Assembly (NCBI RefSeq): GCF_001194135.2
Contig: NC_068987.1
Span: 91,402,719-91,460,237, forward strand
DNA: 57,519 bases
Origin: Octopus bimaculoides
Taxonomy: Eukaryota
Direction of reading: 5' to 3'
The position numbers and the translations under genes were made by a program. Within the stretch, counting starts at the first letter, position 1. Every line of letters starts with the position of its first letter. Under the pieces are notes generated by a model. That model saw only the letters and a program-made list of their open reading frames with translations, made no database searches and was not told the origin of the DNA. Below are positions 24,518 through 36,835 of the stretch, in pieces.

Positions 24518-25430
24518 AATAAAGCCGTAAACTGTTTTTTGAAACTAATGTGATGAGTTATTTGTAAGAAACAAGTGCCAGTATATTCCACAATGATATA
24601 AACTGAGCAGGGCTTAGAGATCAGGATAGGAGGCCTCGTTTATTAAAGAAAATGTAATTTTTTCTTAGGTGCATAGCAGAGCGGTCTGATTTATTAGAAT
24701 TTCACGCACGACTAATTTAGGAGGAAGGAAGTGTCATTCTAAGACCATTGATAACGGCACCAACATACACACAAATATACCTCATGTGAATTTTCTCAGA
24801 CACATTCATACATAAACATTCACACACACACTCCCCTATTAAAATATTATTAAAATAGTAAAGTCATAAACCGTGTAAGTTCATAAAAGTTATAAACAGT
24901 GTAAGTTCATCATATTGCTTAAGTGAGCAAATCAGTCTATATAATTATTTATATATACATACACACATAGATATTCACACCCATACATACATCTATTCAC
25001 ACACAGTCCTGCATCTAATTATACGAATCAGACGAATATTTGTGTACTAGTGCGGGGGTGTCTACGAATGTGTTTATGTCATAGCTTAGTAGTTCGAAAG
25101 TATATCGTCTTAATTGAGCATCGAACTATACTGTTGTGTTATAAATGTCAGTACGAAACTGCAGATGGTAGAAATACGCAGCTATTTTGGAACCGTGAAT
25201 TCTAATTTGCGTCATGGAATTAATGTTGAATATCAATCACGTCTAACGAGGAAATATATGAATAAAATTTTAAAGAGGAAAACAAAGGGAGATAATTCTA
25301 GTTTCTTTACACGAAAACAAGAATGTAAAAATATTACTCAAGAGCATTCGAGATAAGAAATAAGATTAAGATTCAATTGTATGAAATATTCATCAGCAAA
25401 TATACGCTCACATATACGAACGCGCATGCA

Positions 25431-25475
<45 letters not shown>

Positions 25476-26110
25476 GATGTGTTATTATACTATTCCATAT
25501 ATACAAAAAAGCCAAACCAACAATCCAACATATCTCCATCATCAGCTACCCCACGGATATCATTATCGTTTCGACACTTGGGCAGTACCATTCAATCCGG
25601 CAGTGTCAACAGCACTAAAACAAGTGTTGTTTGGGAACAAACAAACCAAAGAAACCACACCTTTCACACATTTACCCTATGTACAACCGTACCAGTAAAT
25701 AAATTCAATAAGTAAATTACAACTCCTAAATACGTAACTAAACAGCGACCAATCCATTAAGTTATGCAAAAATTATAATTCCTACCATCTTCCATAGTAT
25801 AATATAAAAGAGAAAGCTTAATAACCACATTCATTCAATCAATCCATTTATAAGCAGAATTAAACACCAACTACAGAGTGCGATAAGTAAATTGTCGCTA
25901 TTTTATAATTTTAAATTCACGCATGCACATTGTTTGTTTTTGATTTTGTCGATTACACAGTATAGATGGGTCAGTTGGGCATCGTCTGTGAGAAAAAAAC
26001 AACAGCATGAAACTTCCTGTTGTACAGCTTGCAATTTGCACCGGAAGCTTCAATACGAACATTTCAGAGTGTTTAAGTGTCAATCTGAGGACATGTACCG
26101 AGAGTAATAA

Positions 26111-26570
26111 AAGTCAAACGTCCAGTCCACATGATGGTGTTTAGAGTGATCACTAGTGATGGCGACGTTATGTCCCCATTCATCTTCCCACATGGCCTCA
26201 GACTCAACATGGAGACCTATATCAAGTAACTGGGGCATGTAGTGCTGCCCTGAATCAAGACGGTGGCTGCTGGAAGACCTTACATCTGGCAACTGGCACA
26301 CAGGCAGGAGAACCCAGTCATGGCTGTCAGACAATTTCTGCAACCACATCATCCCTAACATCTGGCCACCTAACTCCCCAGACTACCGCCCCTTTGATTA
26401 GTATGTGTAGGGTACAGTTGAGTGAGGGACCAGTAAAACTCCTTGTAACACCAAATATGAACTGAAGGCAAGGATTATGGCAGCATTCACCAACTTAAAC
26501 AAAGAGACCGCCCAGAAGAGTTGCAGGAGATTCCGAAGTCGTCTGGAAGCCATGGTCGAAGCCAATGGCG
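26111..26570 (+). mobile_element. Tc1/mariner superfamily transposase relic (maT/DD37D-like), cut by a gap
   Basis: PVHMMVFRVITSDGDVM.PFIFPHGLRLN...GRPYIWQ...WPPNSPD..P.D..V.G...NTKYELKARIMAAFTNLNKETAQKSCRRFRSRLEAMVEANG. Several stops. Confidence 0.85.
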
Positions 26571-26856
26571 NNNNNNNNNNNNNNNNNNNNNNNNNNNNNN
26601 NNNNNNNNNNNNNNNNNNNNNNNNNNNNNNNNNNNNNNNNNNNNNNNNNNNNNNNNNNNNNNNNNNNNNNNNNNNNNNNNNNNNNNNNNNNNNNNNNNNN
26701 NNNNNNNNNNNNNNNNNNNNNNNNNNNNNNNNNNNNNNNNNNNNNNNNNNNNNNNNNNNNNNNNNNNNNNNNNNNNNNNNNNNNNNNNNNNNNNNNNNNN
26801 NNNNNNNNNNNNNNNNNNNNNNNNNNNNNNNNNNNNNNNNNNNNNNNNNNNNNNNN

Positions 26857-26891
<35 letters not shown>

Positions 26892-27520
26892 GCTTATCAG
26901 CTGATAGACGTCTAATGCTACCAGAGAGGAAGTTCGCTCGAGAACCTTTTATTCAACCGAATAAGAATTAAAAAAAACTACCGTACGTTATGAATTGTTT
27001 ATGGATAATCTTTTGTTTTTGTTTCCATCACACATAATGTGGGATTTGCCAGATTTAGAAAAGAAATGTGAAGTTGGTTGTTTTATTTAATTAAAAAAGC
27101 TCTTCTCAGTGAATTTCCGGCAATTTTTCAAGTTACCGTCCCTTAGATTTAATAATCGATATGTTAAAATGGAAAACTGAATATTCAATTAGTTTCTTTG
27201 TAACTGTTGCGTTACAGCTGTTGTAATCAAAGAACAAGTTATATGACAAAATACTCTTTGGTAACATGAGAAATTTTCAATTATATTGGCCGATCTTAAG
27301 TGTTCTACTAACGAATCAAGTTACGTTTCAAAGGTCAATTTGATCAAAAGTTTTTAAAGCAATGCTAAGGAGAATTTTTGTGATCCGAATTTTGGGTGAA
27401 ATTCTAAGTGGAAATCATACTCTCACAGGAAGCTTTTAAATGCTTAGCTTTCGATTATCAAGCAAGCTCTGAAAGAAATTTATTTTTGATAACATGAGTT
27501 TGTGGTTCGCTGTGTTTTTA

Positions 27521-27552
<32 letters not shown>

Positions 27553-27751
27553 CAAATAATTCCTACTAAGGACTCTATGAAAGAGAAACAACTGAATGAA
27601 GAGGTATCTAAATAAACCCATTGGCAACAATAACTCCATTTATTAAAAATACGATGAGTATGTCAATTGCCATTGACTGGACTAACCCATGCCAGTATGG
27701 AAACCGTGCGTCGAATGGTGATGCACACGCACACTCACACACATGTGCACA

Positions 27752-27784
<33 letters not shown>

Positions 27785-27881
27785 NNNNNNNNNNTATACA
27801 TATATATATGTACTTATACATATGTGTACATTTACACATATTCATAAGTAATAGGTATACATGTATAAATATATATGACAT

Positions 27882-28408
27882 ATGAGGGCTGCCCCCTCGT
27901 TATCGAGTATGGCCATTGCACGAGGCTTAACTGTTGTCGGTGCTCTGATCGAACGTAACTTTTTAGCCCAGCCAAAGATCTACAATGTCTTGTACAGAAT
28001 TGGCAGCTAGAACCTTCACCGGCAATAGCCGGCTGTAGTTGTAACTAGGCTTTATGTACCTTTGCATGTCGTTTAAGTTCTCCCACCGAATTACACTCCC
28101 TTCCACATGCCTGAGAGATATAATTAGTATAGTGTGTAGCACCGCCACCAGTGGCCTGGTTGTCAATCATCTGTCTTGTTTTATGACTACGAAGATGACT
28201 CTTGAGTCTAGCCTTACTGAGACAGTGTCTTGCACAGACACTACATGTCAGCATCATAGGAAGACCCTTACTATTTAGAAGTGCAATCCCTCCTTACTTT
28301 GTCATGCACAACTCGAGATTTCTCAGAAGTAGCAGTCTCCTCGTACACGATCCTTCTACACCTGCTATTGTCAATAGCTATGCCCTCCCATGTGTCAGGA
28401 GAGATGCA
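27882..28408 (-). mobile_element. RTE-clade LINE 3' fragment with three C-terminal C2H2-like fingers
   Basis: ISPDTWEGIAIDNSRCRRIVYEETATSEKSR, then CSVCARHCLSKARLKSHLRSH, SQACGRECNSVGELKRHAKVH and CQFCTRHCRSLAGLKSYVRSEH. The last two are in frame across one stop. Confidence 0.75.
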
Positions 28409-28488
28409 AACATACATGTATACACGCACACATACATACTTATGTACATACATGCATAATGCATATATACATGCATACATACATGCAT

Positions 28489-28826
28489 GGACAACTGCTT
28501 CAAACCTCCAGCTTCTATATCCAGACTCTGAATTCATATTCATATCAATAATAATTAGAGCACTAAGTTTCATTAGTAAATGCTTAAAGAAGAATCTGGA
28601 TAAACTGGGATTTTCAGAAAGAGAAATTGACCGGTTGATTCGTACATTACAAGTGCAATCTGTGAGTGGAACAGTAAAAAATGCAAGACTTTTCTCAAGT
28701 TCCAAATGTGAATTTGTCTTTGTTAACTATATCCCAAAGATGGAGCCTTGTAACTTTGTTCGAAACCGGCTCCCTTCTCAGTGGAAGATTCATTATAATT
28801 AAAAATTAGAAGACACATACATACAT
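28489..28826 (+). mobile_element. 3' end of a distinct RLE non-LTR retrotransposon in (CATA)n
   Basis: LLYPDSEFIFISIIIRAL.FISKCLKKNLDKLGFSEREIDRLIRTLQVQSVSGTVK parallels the IPIIVGALG...LQ....GT..I RLE C-terminus. 3'UTR hairpin ggagcc/ggctcc. Confidence 0.6.
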
Positions 28827-29058
28827 AATTTTTTTGTTAGGTTTCTATTCATATTTATTACGGAATTCTCTCTCCGATAAACAAGAAATAAAGAGCATTT
28901 CTTATGAATTATTTTAAACAATTTTTTTTATATCAATACCTTTAAATGAATAGATCAGTTGTTATATATTAAAAATATAATTATCATTTATACTTTTTTA
29001 CACGTTCTATTACAATTTCTAGATTAAGTAAGACCCTCATACTTAATTATACACATAT

Positions 29059-29131
29059 AACGTAAAGACAGAAGAAATACGGCTAAGCATTTCGCCCGGC
29101 GTGCTAACGTTTCTGCCTGCTCACCGTCTTA
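29059..29131 (-). mobile_element. Family 2 SINE head fragment
   Basis: gaaatacggctaagcatttcgcccggcgtgctaacgtttctgcctgctcaccg. Confidence 0.75.
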
Positions 29132-30769
29132 TTAAAGTATCAATATTGTGACATCCTTTATTATCCGCATCTTTTCACTAAGCCAGGCATCTGTTTCATT
29201 TTTATGGGCAATGAGAGTCCTCAACTACAACATTCAGCTACGAAATTTCTTGATGAGTTTTAGCTGTCACATTAGATGTTTTGTTAAATTCCTGATTTAA
29301 TTCTGTATTATAGAAAAGTTAAATATAGAAAGCATTTGATTTGTTTGGGAAGACTAACATTTATCTATCATTTATACGTCAAAATGTTTGAAATATTTCA
29401 ACTAAATTCTCAATTTCGTACAACATTAAACATGTTGAATGTGAGATAAATATTTACTAAAAAAAAAAAAAACTGCAAGGCTGTTCGAAATATTCGTTGA
29501 TATATTTTAAAATATCTAACGATTGAACCGCGGAGAGTCTTGTATCACACTGTTATAGACTCAAAGCAAATCAATAGGTTTTTCTTTTCTTAAAGTGCAT
29601 CTTATATTTAGTAATTAAACAGTCATGAATTGAAATTTTTAGTGAAATAAATCTTAGTCCCTGGAGGGTGAACGTGAGACGGAGCTGTATCATACTGTTA
29701 ATCTCTCTAAACGAAAATTTCTGTTGTCAATTTGAATCGCATATTCAATGGATTTCTCCTTCGTATATGAATATAAGAACGAATTGCCTGAATATCAGTG
29801 AAACTTGAAACTCAGGGTCGCAACGCGTGGGGTTTCAGTTTAGAATTTTAAACACACACACACACACACACACANNNNNNNNNNNNNNNNNNNNNNNNNN
29901 NNNNNNNNNNNNNNNNNNNNNNNNNNNNNNNNNNNNNNNNNNNNNNNNNNNNNNNNNNNNNNNNNNNNNNNNNNNNNNNNNNNNNNNNNNNNNNNNNNNN
30001 NNNNNNNNNNNNNNNNNNNNNNNNNNNNNNNNNNNNNNNNNNNNNNNNNNNNNNNNNNNNNNNNNNNNNNNNNNNNNNNNNNNNNNNNNNNNNNNNNNNN
30101 NNNNNNNNNNNNNNNNNNNNNNNNNNNNNNNNNNNNNNNNNNNNNNNNNNNNNNNNNNNNNNNNNNNNNNNNNNNNNNNNNNNNNNNNNNNNNNNNNNNN
30201 NNNNNNNNNNNNNNNNNNNNNNNNNNNNNNNNNNNNNNNNNNNNNNNNNNNNNNNNNNNNNNNNNNNNNNNNNNNNNNNNNNNNNNNNNNNNNNNNNNNN
30301 NNNNNNNNNNNNNNNNNNNNNNNNNNNNNNNNNNNNNNNNNNNNNNNNNNNNNNNNNNNNNNNNNNNNNNNNNNNNNNNNNNNNNNNNNNNNNNNNNNNN
30401 NNNNNNNNNNNNNNNNNNNNNNNNNNNNNNNNNNNNNNNNNNNNNNNNNNNNNNNNNNNNNNNNNNNNNNNNNNNNNNNNNNNNNNNNNNNNNNNNNNNN
30501 NNNNNNNNNNNNNNNNNNNNNNNNNNNNNNNNNNNNNNNNNNNNNNNNNNNNNNNNNNNNNNNNNNNNNNNNNNNNNNNNNNNNNNNNNNNNNNNNNNNN
30601 NNNNNNNNNNNNNNNNNNNNNNNNNNNNNNNNNNNNNNNNNNNNNNNNNNNNNNNNNNNNNNNNNNNNNNNNNNNNNNNTATATATATATATATATATAT
30701 ATATATCTACATAACAGCCCACTAACAACTCTACCAGTGTATATATTAACTGTGGGTGTTGGGGTACCT

Positions 30770-31245
30770 TTTACGTATATTTCCTATTTAGTACTGGAGA
30801 TTTTCGTTTATAAGGACGTACTCCTGTATTTGGCTGAGTATTGTGGCCTTCGCGTGCTTGGATAAAATGCGGATATCAAGTTAACGCAGTGTGCTTCCAT
30901 GTTGGTCTTTGGCATGTTGGTAGAGTATAGAGGACTGTTTTTTGTTGTCATATTGTCTCAAATGTCCATTTAGTCTCTCCGTAATGCTTCTAGATGTCTC
31001 ACCTATGTATATCATGTTCTTGTCTTTACACGCACCTTCTATTCACCTTATGCTGTATACTACATTTCTTACTCTACAGTTAATGCTAGGGTTAATCTTA
31101 CATACCACGCAATTATCATTGGTGCATGTGGTATTCTAAAAGGGGTACGTCCTACATAGTTGTGATCTGATGGAGCTCCCTGGCTTTTCAACGATCTTAA
31201 TGTTGAGTCTGGCCTTCTTCAGAGCTTTCGTAAACCTTCGGGCTA
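30770..31245 (-). mobile_element. Penelope-like element linker and GIY-YIG endonuclease relic
   Basis: ARLNIKIVEKPGSSIRSQLCRTYPF, then CTNDNCVVC...NCRVRNVVYSIR*....C...MIYIGETSRSITERLNGHLRQY (YIGET at 30995-31009)...SILYQHAKDQH. Confidence 0.85.
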
Positions 31246-32888
31246 GTGTGCATGTATGTATACACATACATGCATGCATATGTGTATACACATGCACATG
31301 ACGCATACACAAACAAACAAACGAAAAGAACGCATCTGTGACAACGGACAGAGTCAACGACTATTGAAAAAGTTGCAAGACGCAACGAAACTTTTAGAAA
31401 AAGAATAAATAAGTAAATGAGTGGAAATCGAACCGGTGAGTGAGTTAAATAATAAGGCACTAAAAGAGAATGACTCTCCCCAGACACAATATAAAAAAAA
31501 AAATATGTATCCTTTATTTCACGTTGCTCTGCGGTCATTTCGTCACCTGACATGTGGCACACGGCGCACCTGTACAAGTAATGTCGATTTGATGGGGGGA
31601 GAGTAGGCCTATGTGTACATTCACATTTGATCACTACAAACAAATCATCTGGCAAGAAATGATTTGTTTGGCAAGAAATTGCTGATCCCTCATACGTCGT
31701 CTAACGACGGGAGAGTCCACGATATTTAGTGATTGACAACTAAATCTGAGATGAAATCTTTTGAAATTCAGTTTTTACCAGTTTCGGAAAGAAAAAAAAC
31801 CCAGCTGTTACTTAGCTCTGGCCAACTCTGAGATGCCTTTAAAGGCATTCCAAACCTAACCATTCATTTTACATTCTAGTTACAGAGTAAGGAAGACAGC
31901 GTCGCATAAAATGTTACTCTGAATCAACAGGATATGAATTGAGGTAGATTTCGTTGCTTTCAAAGCAGATTCACCGACAGCAGAGGAGCTCAATCGTTAG
32001 TTTTGATGAATACTAGTTTTCTTTAAAGCCTTATTCAATCGAATTTACCATTTCTAAAAAAAGGAAATGGCCTGGTTTCAGCATCCAAGAATTCAGTATT
32101 AAAATATATATTAGTGTTTGACTCTTAATTTCACATTCTGCATTTAGCAGTGTCCGTTTGTGAAATATATGAGTTTCATCAATTGGAAAAATAAAGCAGA
32201 AAGAGGCGATTCCCCCCTCTACCTACGTACCTACATACCTACCTACATAGACATACACGCATATATACATAAATACGCGCTTGATTACATACTGCACTCT
32301 AGCATGGCCACAACCGTGTTTAATGCCTAATATAAAGATCTAACAAACATGACTCTAAAGATGAAACAAGAAAATGACAAATTGGAATTCTGATTTCAGT
32401 TAAGATGAAATCCAAAAATATATTCTTATAAAATGAAACAAGAAAGAGATCGAGAAATATAATAAATCTAAAGACTACCGTGTTTAAAATATTAGAATAT
32501 TGCAAAAATATGAAATGAGAGTGAAATTACGTTAGATGTGAAACTCCATGGAAAAAATAATTTCAACAATATGCTATTAAGAAAGAGCCGTTGGATATCA
32601 GGGTACATAGTGTGAAATAGAACAAGACTGAGTCTGGGGAGATGGACAAAGAGGAAGAAGGGAAGGAAGTAAAAGAAGGTGAGAGCGAGAGGAGAAGAAA
32701 TGAGAGCGAAAGAGAGAGAGGAAGGGAAGGGTGAGAAAAGAAGTGTAGAGGAAAAGAATGCGAATTGGAGATATGAAGTTTTTAAGAAATGAGATGGAGA
32801 GTAAGGCGGACATATTAAGGGGAAGAGAAAGAGAGAGAGAAATAGAAAGTAAAAAGCTGAGAAGGGAGAAATAAATATCAAGAATGTA

Positions 32889-32890
<2 letters not shown>

Positions 32891-32951
<61 letters not shown>
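32891..32951. repeat. (GA)n microsatellite before the largest gap (32952-33943)
   Basis: Seen directly. Confidence 0.95.
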
Positions 32952-33943
32952 NNNNNNNNNNNNNNNNNNNNNNNNNNNNNNNNNNNNNNNNNNNNNNNNN
33001 NNNNNNNNNNNNNNNNNNNNNNNNNNNNNNNNNNNNNNNNNNNNNNNNNNNNNNNNNNNNNNNNNNNNNNNNNNNNNNNNNNNNNNNNNNNNNNNNNNNN
33101 NNNNNNNNNNNNNNNNNNNNNNNNNNNNNNNNNNNNNNNNNNNNNNNNNNNNNNNNNNNNNNNNNNNNNNNNNNNNNNNNNNNNNNNNNNNNNNNNNNNN
33201 NNNNNNNNNNNNNNNNNNNNNNNNNNNNNNNNNNNNNNNNNNNNNNNNNNNNNNNNNNNNNNNNNNNNNNNNNNNNNNNNNNNNNNNNNNNNNNNNNNNN
33301 NNNNNNNNNNNNNNNNNNNNNNNNNNNNNNNNNNNNNNNNNNNNNNNNNNNNNNNNNNNNNNNNNNNNNNNNNNNNNNNNNNNNNNNNNNNNNNNNNNNN
33401 NNNNNNNNNNNNNNNNNNNNNNNNNNNNNNNNNNNNNNNNNNNNNNNNNNNNNNNNNNNNNNNNNNNNNNNNNNNNNNNNNNNNNNNNNNNNNNNNNNNN
33501 NNNNNNNNNNNNNNNNNNNNNNNNNNNNNNNNNNNNNNNNNNNNNNNNNNNNNNNNNNNNNNNNNNNNNNNNNNNNNNNNNNNNNNNNNNNNNNNNNNNN
33601 NNNNNNNNNNNNNNNNNNNNNNNNNNNNNNNNNNNNNNNNNNNNNNNNNNNNNNNNNNNNNNNNNNNNNNNNNNNNNNNNNNNNNNNNNNNNNNNNNNNN
33701 NNNNNNNNNNNNNNNNNNNNNNNNNNNNNNNNNNNNNNNNNNNNNNNNNNNNNNNNNNNNNNNNNNNNNNNNNNNNNNNNNNNNNNNNNNNNNNNNNNNN
33801 NNNNNNNNNNNNNNNNNNNNNNNNNNNNNNNNNNNNNNNNNNNNNNNNNNNNNNNNNNNNNNNNNNNNNNNNNNNNNNNNNNNNNNNNNNNNNNNNNNNN
33901 NNNNNNNNNNNNNNNNNNNNNNNNNNNNNNNNNNNNNNNNNNN

Positions 33944-33979
<36 letters not shown>

Positions 33980-33984
33980 AATAA

Positions 33985-34706
33985 ATAATTTAGAGAAAGA
34001 TAACTAATAAAACCAATTCGATGAACGAAAAATTAAATGCATACATAAGTTAAATTACTTATATAATAAGTTTAGCTAATTTATGTATTTATATAAACCC
34101 TATTTTATGTTACTATGATTTGTAGCTGTGATTTTTTGTAGTTATGATTTGTAGTAGTAGAATGTGTATAAATTAGCACGAGATTATGAAGGATATATTA
34201 CTTATTTAGAATAAGATTAAGCTAAGATGTTTATAAAATAAATAAATAAATTAATTTATGAAAATAGATTAAATTATTGTAATTTAGCTTCATTCATGTA
34301 TATTATATATAATGTATTTTGCTTATTTTAGATTTAAGTTATTTAGATGTTATAATTTTCAAGTAAATGATATACTACAGTTAATTTTTGTTTATTCTCA
34401 CATCTAAAATACATCATGTCATCTTAACAGTTTAAATACATATTTCTATCTCATTATTCCATAATGTTTTATTTATTCGCCGTATTTTCACGTGATATAT
34501 TTCTTATGAACGCTAAGTTCTACTTATTACGTTTGAAATTTTAGTTTAACAGCAATTCTCAGATAAAATAAGTTATGATTTTATTTTAAGAAATATTGTT
34601 AAATGTTTTTCGATTATATATTTATTTATTGTTAAAACAAGTATTTTTTAATATATTTATTTGATATTTATTATAAGTTACAATACGTACATTGATTTTA
34701 TTATTA

Positions 34707-34768
<62 letters not shown>

Positions 34769-34975
34769 TATATTTTATTTTAGACCTGAAGAGTGACAAT
34801 ATCTTTGAATAGATTTAATTGTAGATCGATTTGATTATTAATCGAATTGGTTTTATTAGTTATCTATTTGAAAACATAGCCACGAAACGTGCGTAGTCAT
34901 TTTTATACCATTTACTAGTTATTTTTTTATGTACTTGTTTGATTTTTAGAATAAGGTTTTTATGATATATTTATT
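33985..34975 (+). mobile_element. Very AT-rich putative Penelope-like pLTR/3'UTR segment containing (TTA)n and a hammerhead
   Basis: T-rich composition, HHR at 34783-34898, and an exact 25 bp inverted repeat (33998-34022 vs 34841-34865). No coding motif seen. Confidence 0.5.
34783..34898 (+). ncRNA. Type I hammerhead ribozyme-like motif with long stem II
   Basis: GAC-CTGAAGA-GTG[~85 nt with aatagat/atctatt and tcgatt/aatcga pairings]CAC-GAA-ACG-tg-CGT-A-GTC. All core positions are canonical; predicted cleavage after GUA (34895). Confidence 0.7.
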
Positions 34976-34980
34976 TTCCG

Positions 34981-35160
34981 GAGGATCAGCCTCTACCAGA
35001 CAATGCAGTCCATGACTTTGCTGACGTGTGATACATGAGAGATGGGCCAACGGCTTTTAGCATCCGGTCTGCTGCCTCCTTTATGGATAGGACATATCAT
35101 GTCTTCTTGAACTTGCTGGGAAATCTCCCACTTGCAAAGAAGCTTTGGAAGAGGAACTGC
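34981..35160 (-). mobile_element. CR1-type RT N-terminal fragment
   Basis: FLFQSFFASGRFPSKFK, frameshift, then ICPIHKGGSRPDAKSRWPISHVSHVSKVMDCIV (cf. P.HK.G.....NYRPISLTS...K..E.IV). Confidence 0.75.
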
Positions 35161-35164
35161 AGTG

Positions 35165-35712
35165 CTTTTGCAAAACGATGTTGTGCGTATGGTGGGACAG
35201 GAAAGAGATCCATTACGAATTGCTTGAACGGAACCAAATGATCAACGCGGAACTCTATGTTCAACAGATGGAACAACTCAACACGGCTATTCAAGAGAAA
35301 AGACCTAATCGGCAGCATGGAGTTCTTCTGCTGCCCGACAACGCTCGCCCTCATATCGCCAATATGACCAAGGAAGCCATTCAAACGCATGGCTGGGAAG
35401 TGCTACCACACCCGCCGTACTCTCCTGCTTTGGCACCAATGGATGTCCACCTCGTTCAATCTCTTTCAAATGGTATGCGTGGAGTTTCATTCAATACTGA
35501 TGCAGAATTGAGAACGTAGTTGGATCAATTTTTCGAGTCGAAATCGGGTGATTTTTACCAACGAGGTATTGAAAATCTTGTAGAATGTTGGAAAGAAGTT
35601 GTAAACCACAAGGGCGAATATATTATCGATTAATTAGTTGTAATTTTCTTATTAAACCTTTTAAAAAATTCAAATTTAAAAAAACGGAGGTAACTTAGTT
35701 GCCAACCCAATA
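35165..35712 (+). mobile_element. Mariner (DD34D-type) transposase 3' half with right TIR ending at TA
   Basis: KTMLCVWWD...YELL....INAELY..Q...L..AIQEKRP....V.LL.DNARPH...WEVLPHPPYSP.LAP.D.HL...FY.RGI.NL...W.EVV...GEYI.D*. The end ttagttgccaacccaaTA is TIR-like. Confidence 0.92.
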
Positions 35713-36429
35713 GATTGACACTCAGTGGAAATGTTAGATGGAAAAATAAGAGTGGAAATAGCGTTTGCGGATAGATCTTCGTCAGAAAGTGGAAGTCCAG
35801 CAAGGAAGAATAGGAGAAAGGAGCAGATAGTCCGGAGAAAATCACGTGTGTCCTTACATGCCCCCTCGCCCCCTCCAAAAAAACTGACCGGAAGTTGGAG
35901 AGAGACAAAGAATATAGTGTTTGAAGGCAGGAGAGTGTAAAATGGCCATTGCGAGTTTGAGTGCTTGTGTGTGTGTGTGTGTGTGTTTGTGTGTGTGAAA
36001 GAGAGAGAGTGTGTGTGAGGAAAATACTTGTGTGTGTGGAGGGTGTATGTGAATATATGTTTTCTCTTATGAGTGTGTGTGTGTGTGGGTGCAGTTTGCA
36101 GGTAGCGTATATGTATATAAGAGAATGAAACGTGTATACGATAAAATACCTTACGCGTATGTAAGATGACAATCTACAAAGAGGGAAGGAAGAGTCTGTA
36201 ACAGCTTCATTTCATGTTATTAAACCATATACAAATATATGACATGACCATAGAACAGAAGCGATATATTTTTCAATATATTTTTACCTTAATAAATCCA
36301 CTGATGACTTACGTTACCGCACATAAGATGCAACTTATAGTTGCATGTCTCCAATTTATTCTACAAAACAATTTTGATCTAGCATTAAACCGTCAAATAT
36401 TTGGAACTGCTGCAGGGACCTAGTTAGAC

Positions 36430-36835
36430 CCAACATATACAAATTTAGTGAAGGAATACATTGACTTGAGAATAGATAAAGATTGAGGGAAAGATGAAAA
36501 GTATTGTAAAAATTACTTTAAAGAAATTGGGGAAGAAATGTAGACAGCATTTATCCTATGGGGAGAAATCTTTAATATAATTTTCCGAATTTAAGTGTCA
36601 TATAAATAGCATTAGCAACAGCATACAGTTTTCTAAAGAATACAGCAGAGACAAACTACCCTTTTTAAATATTGTGATCATATAAAAAGAACAAGGATTG
36701 AGGCAGATGTATATTATAAACCACGAAACTCGAGGCAATATCTACATTTAACTTCATGCCATCTGTAACACAAGAGAATCAATATTTCTTTCAATCTTGC
36801 TAAAAGTATATATACCATCGTATCAAAACTTTGTC
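36430..36835 (+). mobile_element. Penelope-like RT C-terminal/thumb relic
   Basis: WGRNVDSI/FILWG, INSISNSIQFSKEYSRDKLPFLNI, ADVYYKPRNSRQYLHLTSCH, ISFNLAKSIYTIVS. Confidence 0.85.

Noticed and set aside
25525-25590. Minus-strand GAAAC...CTGATGA pair resembling a permuted hammerhead
   Set aside because: The cleavage position would be G, there is no room for stem I, and stem II does not pair.
25477-25698. 73 aa ORF with protein-like composition
   Set aside because: No recognisable motif or convincing splice sites.
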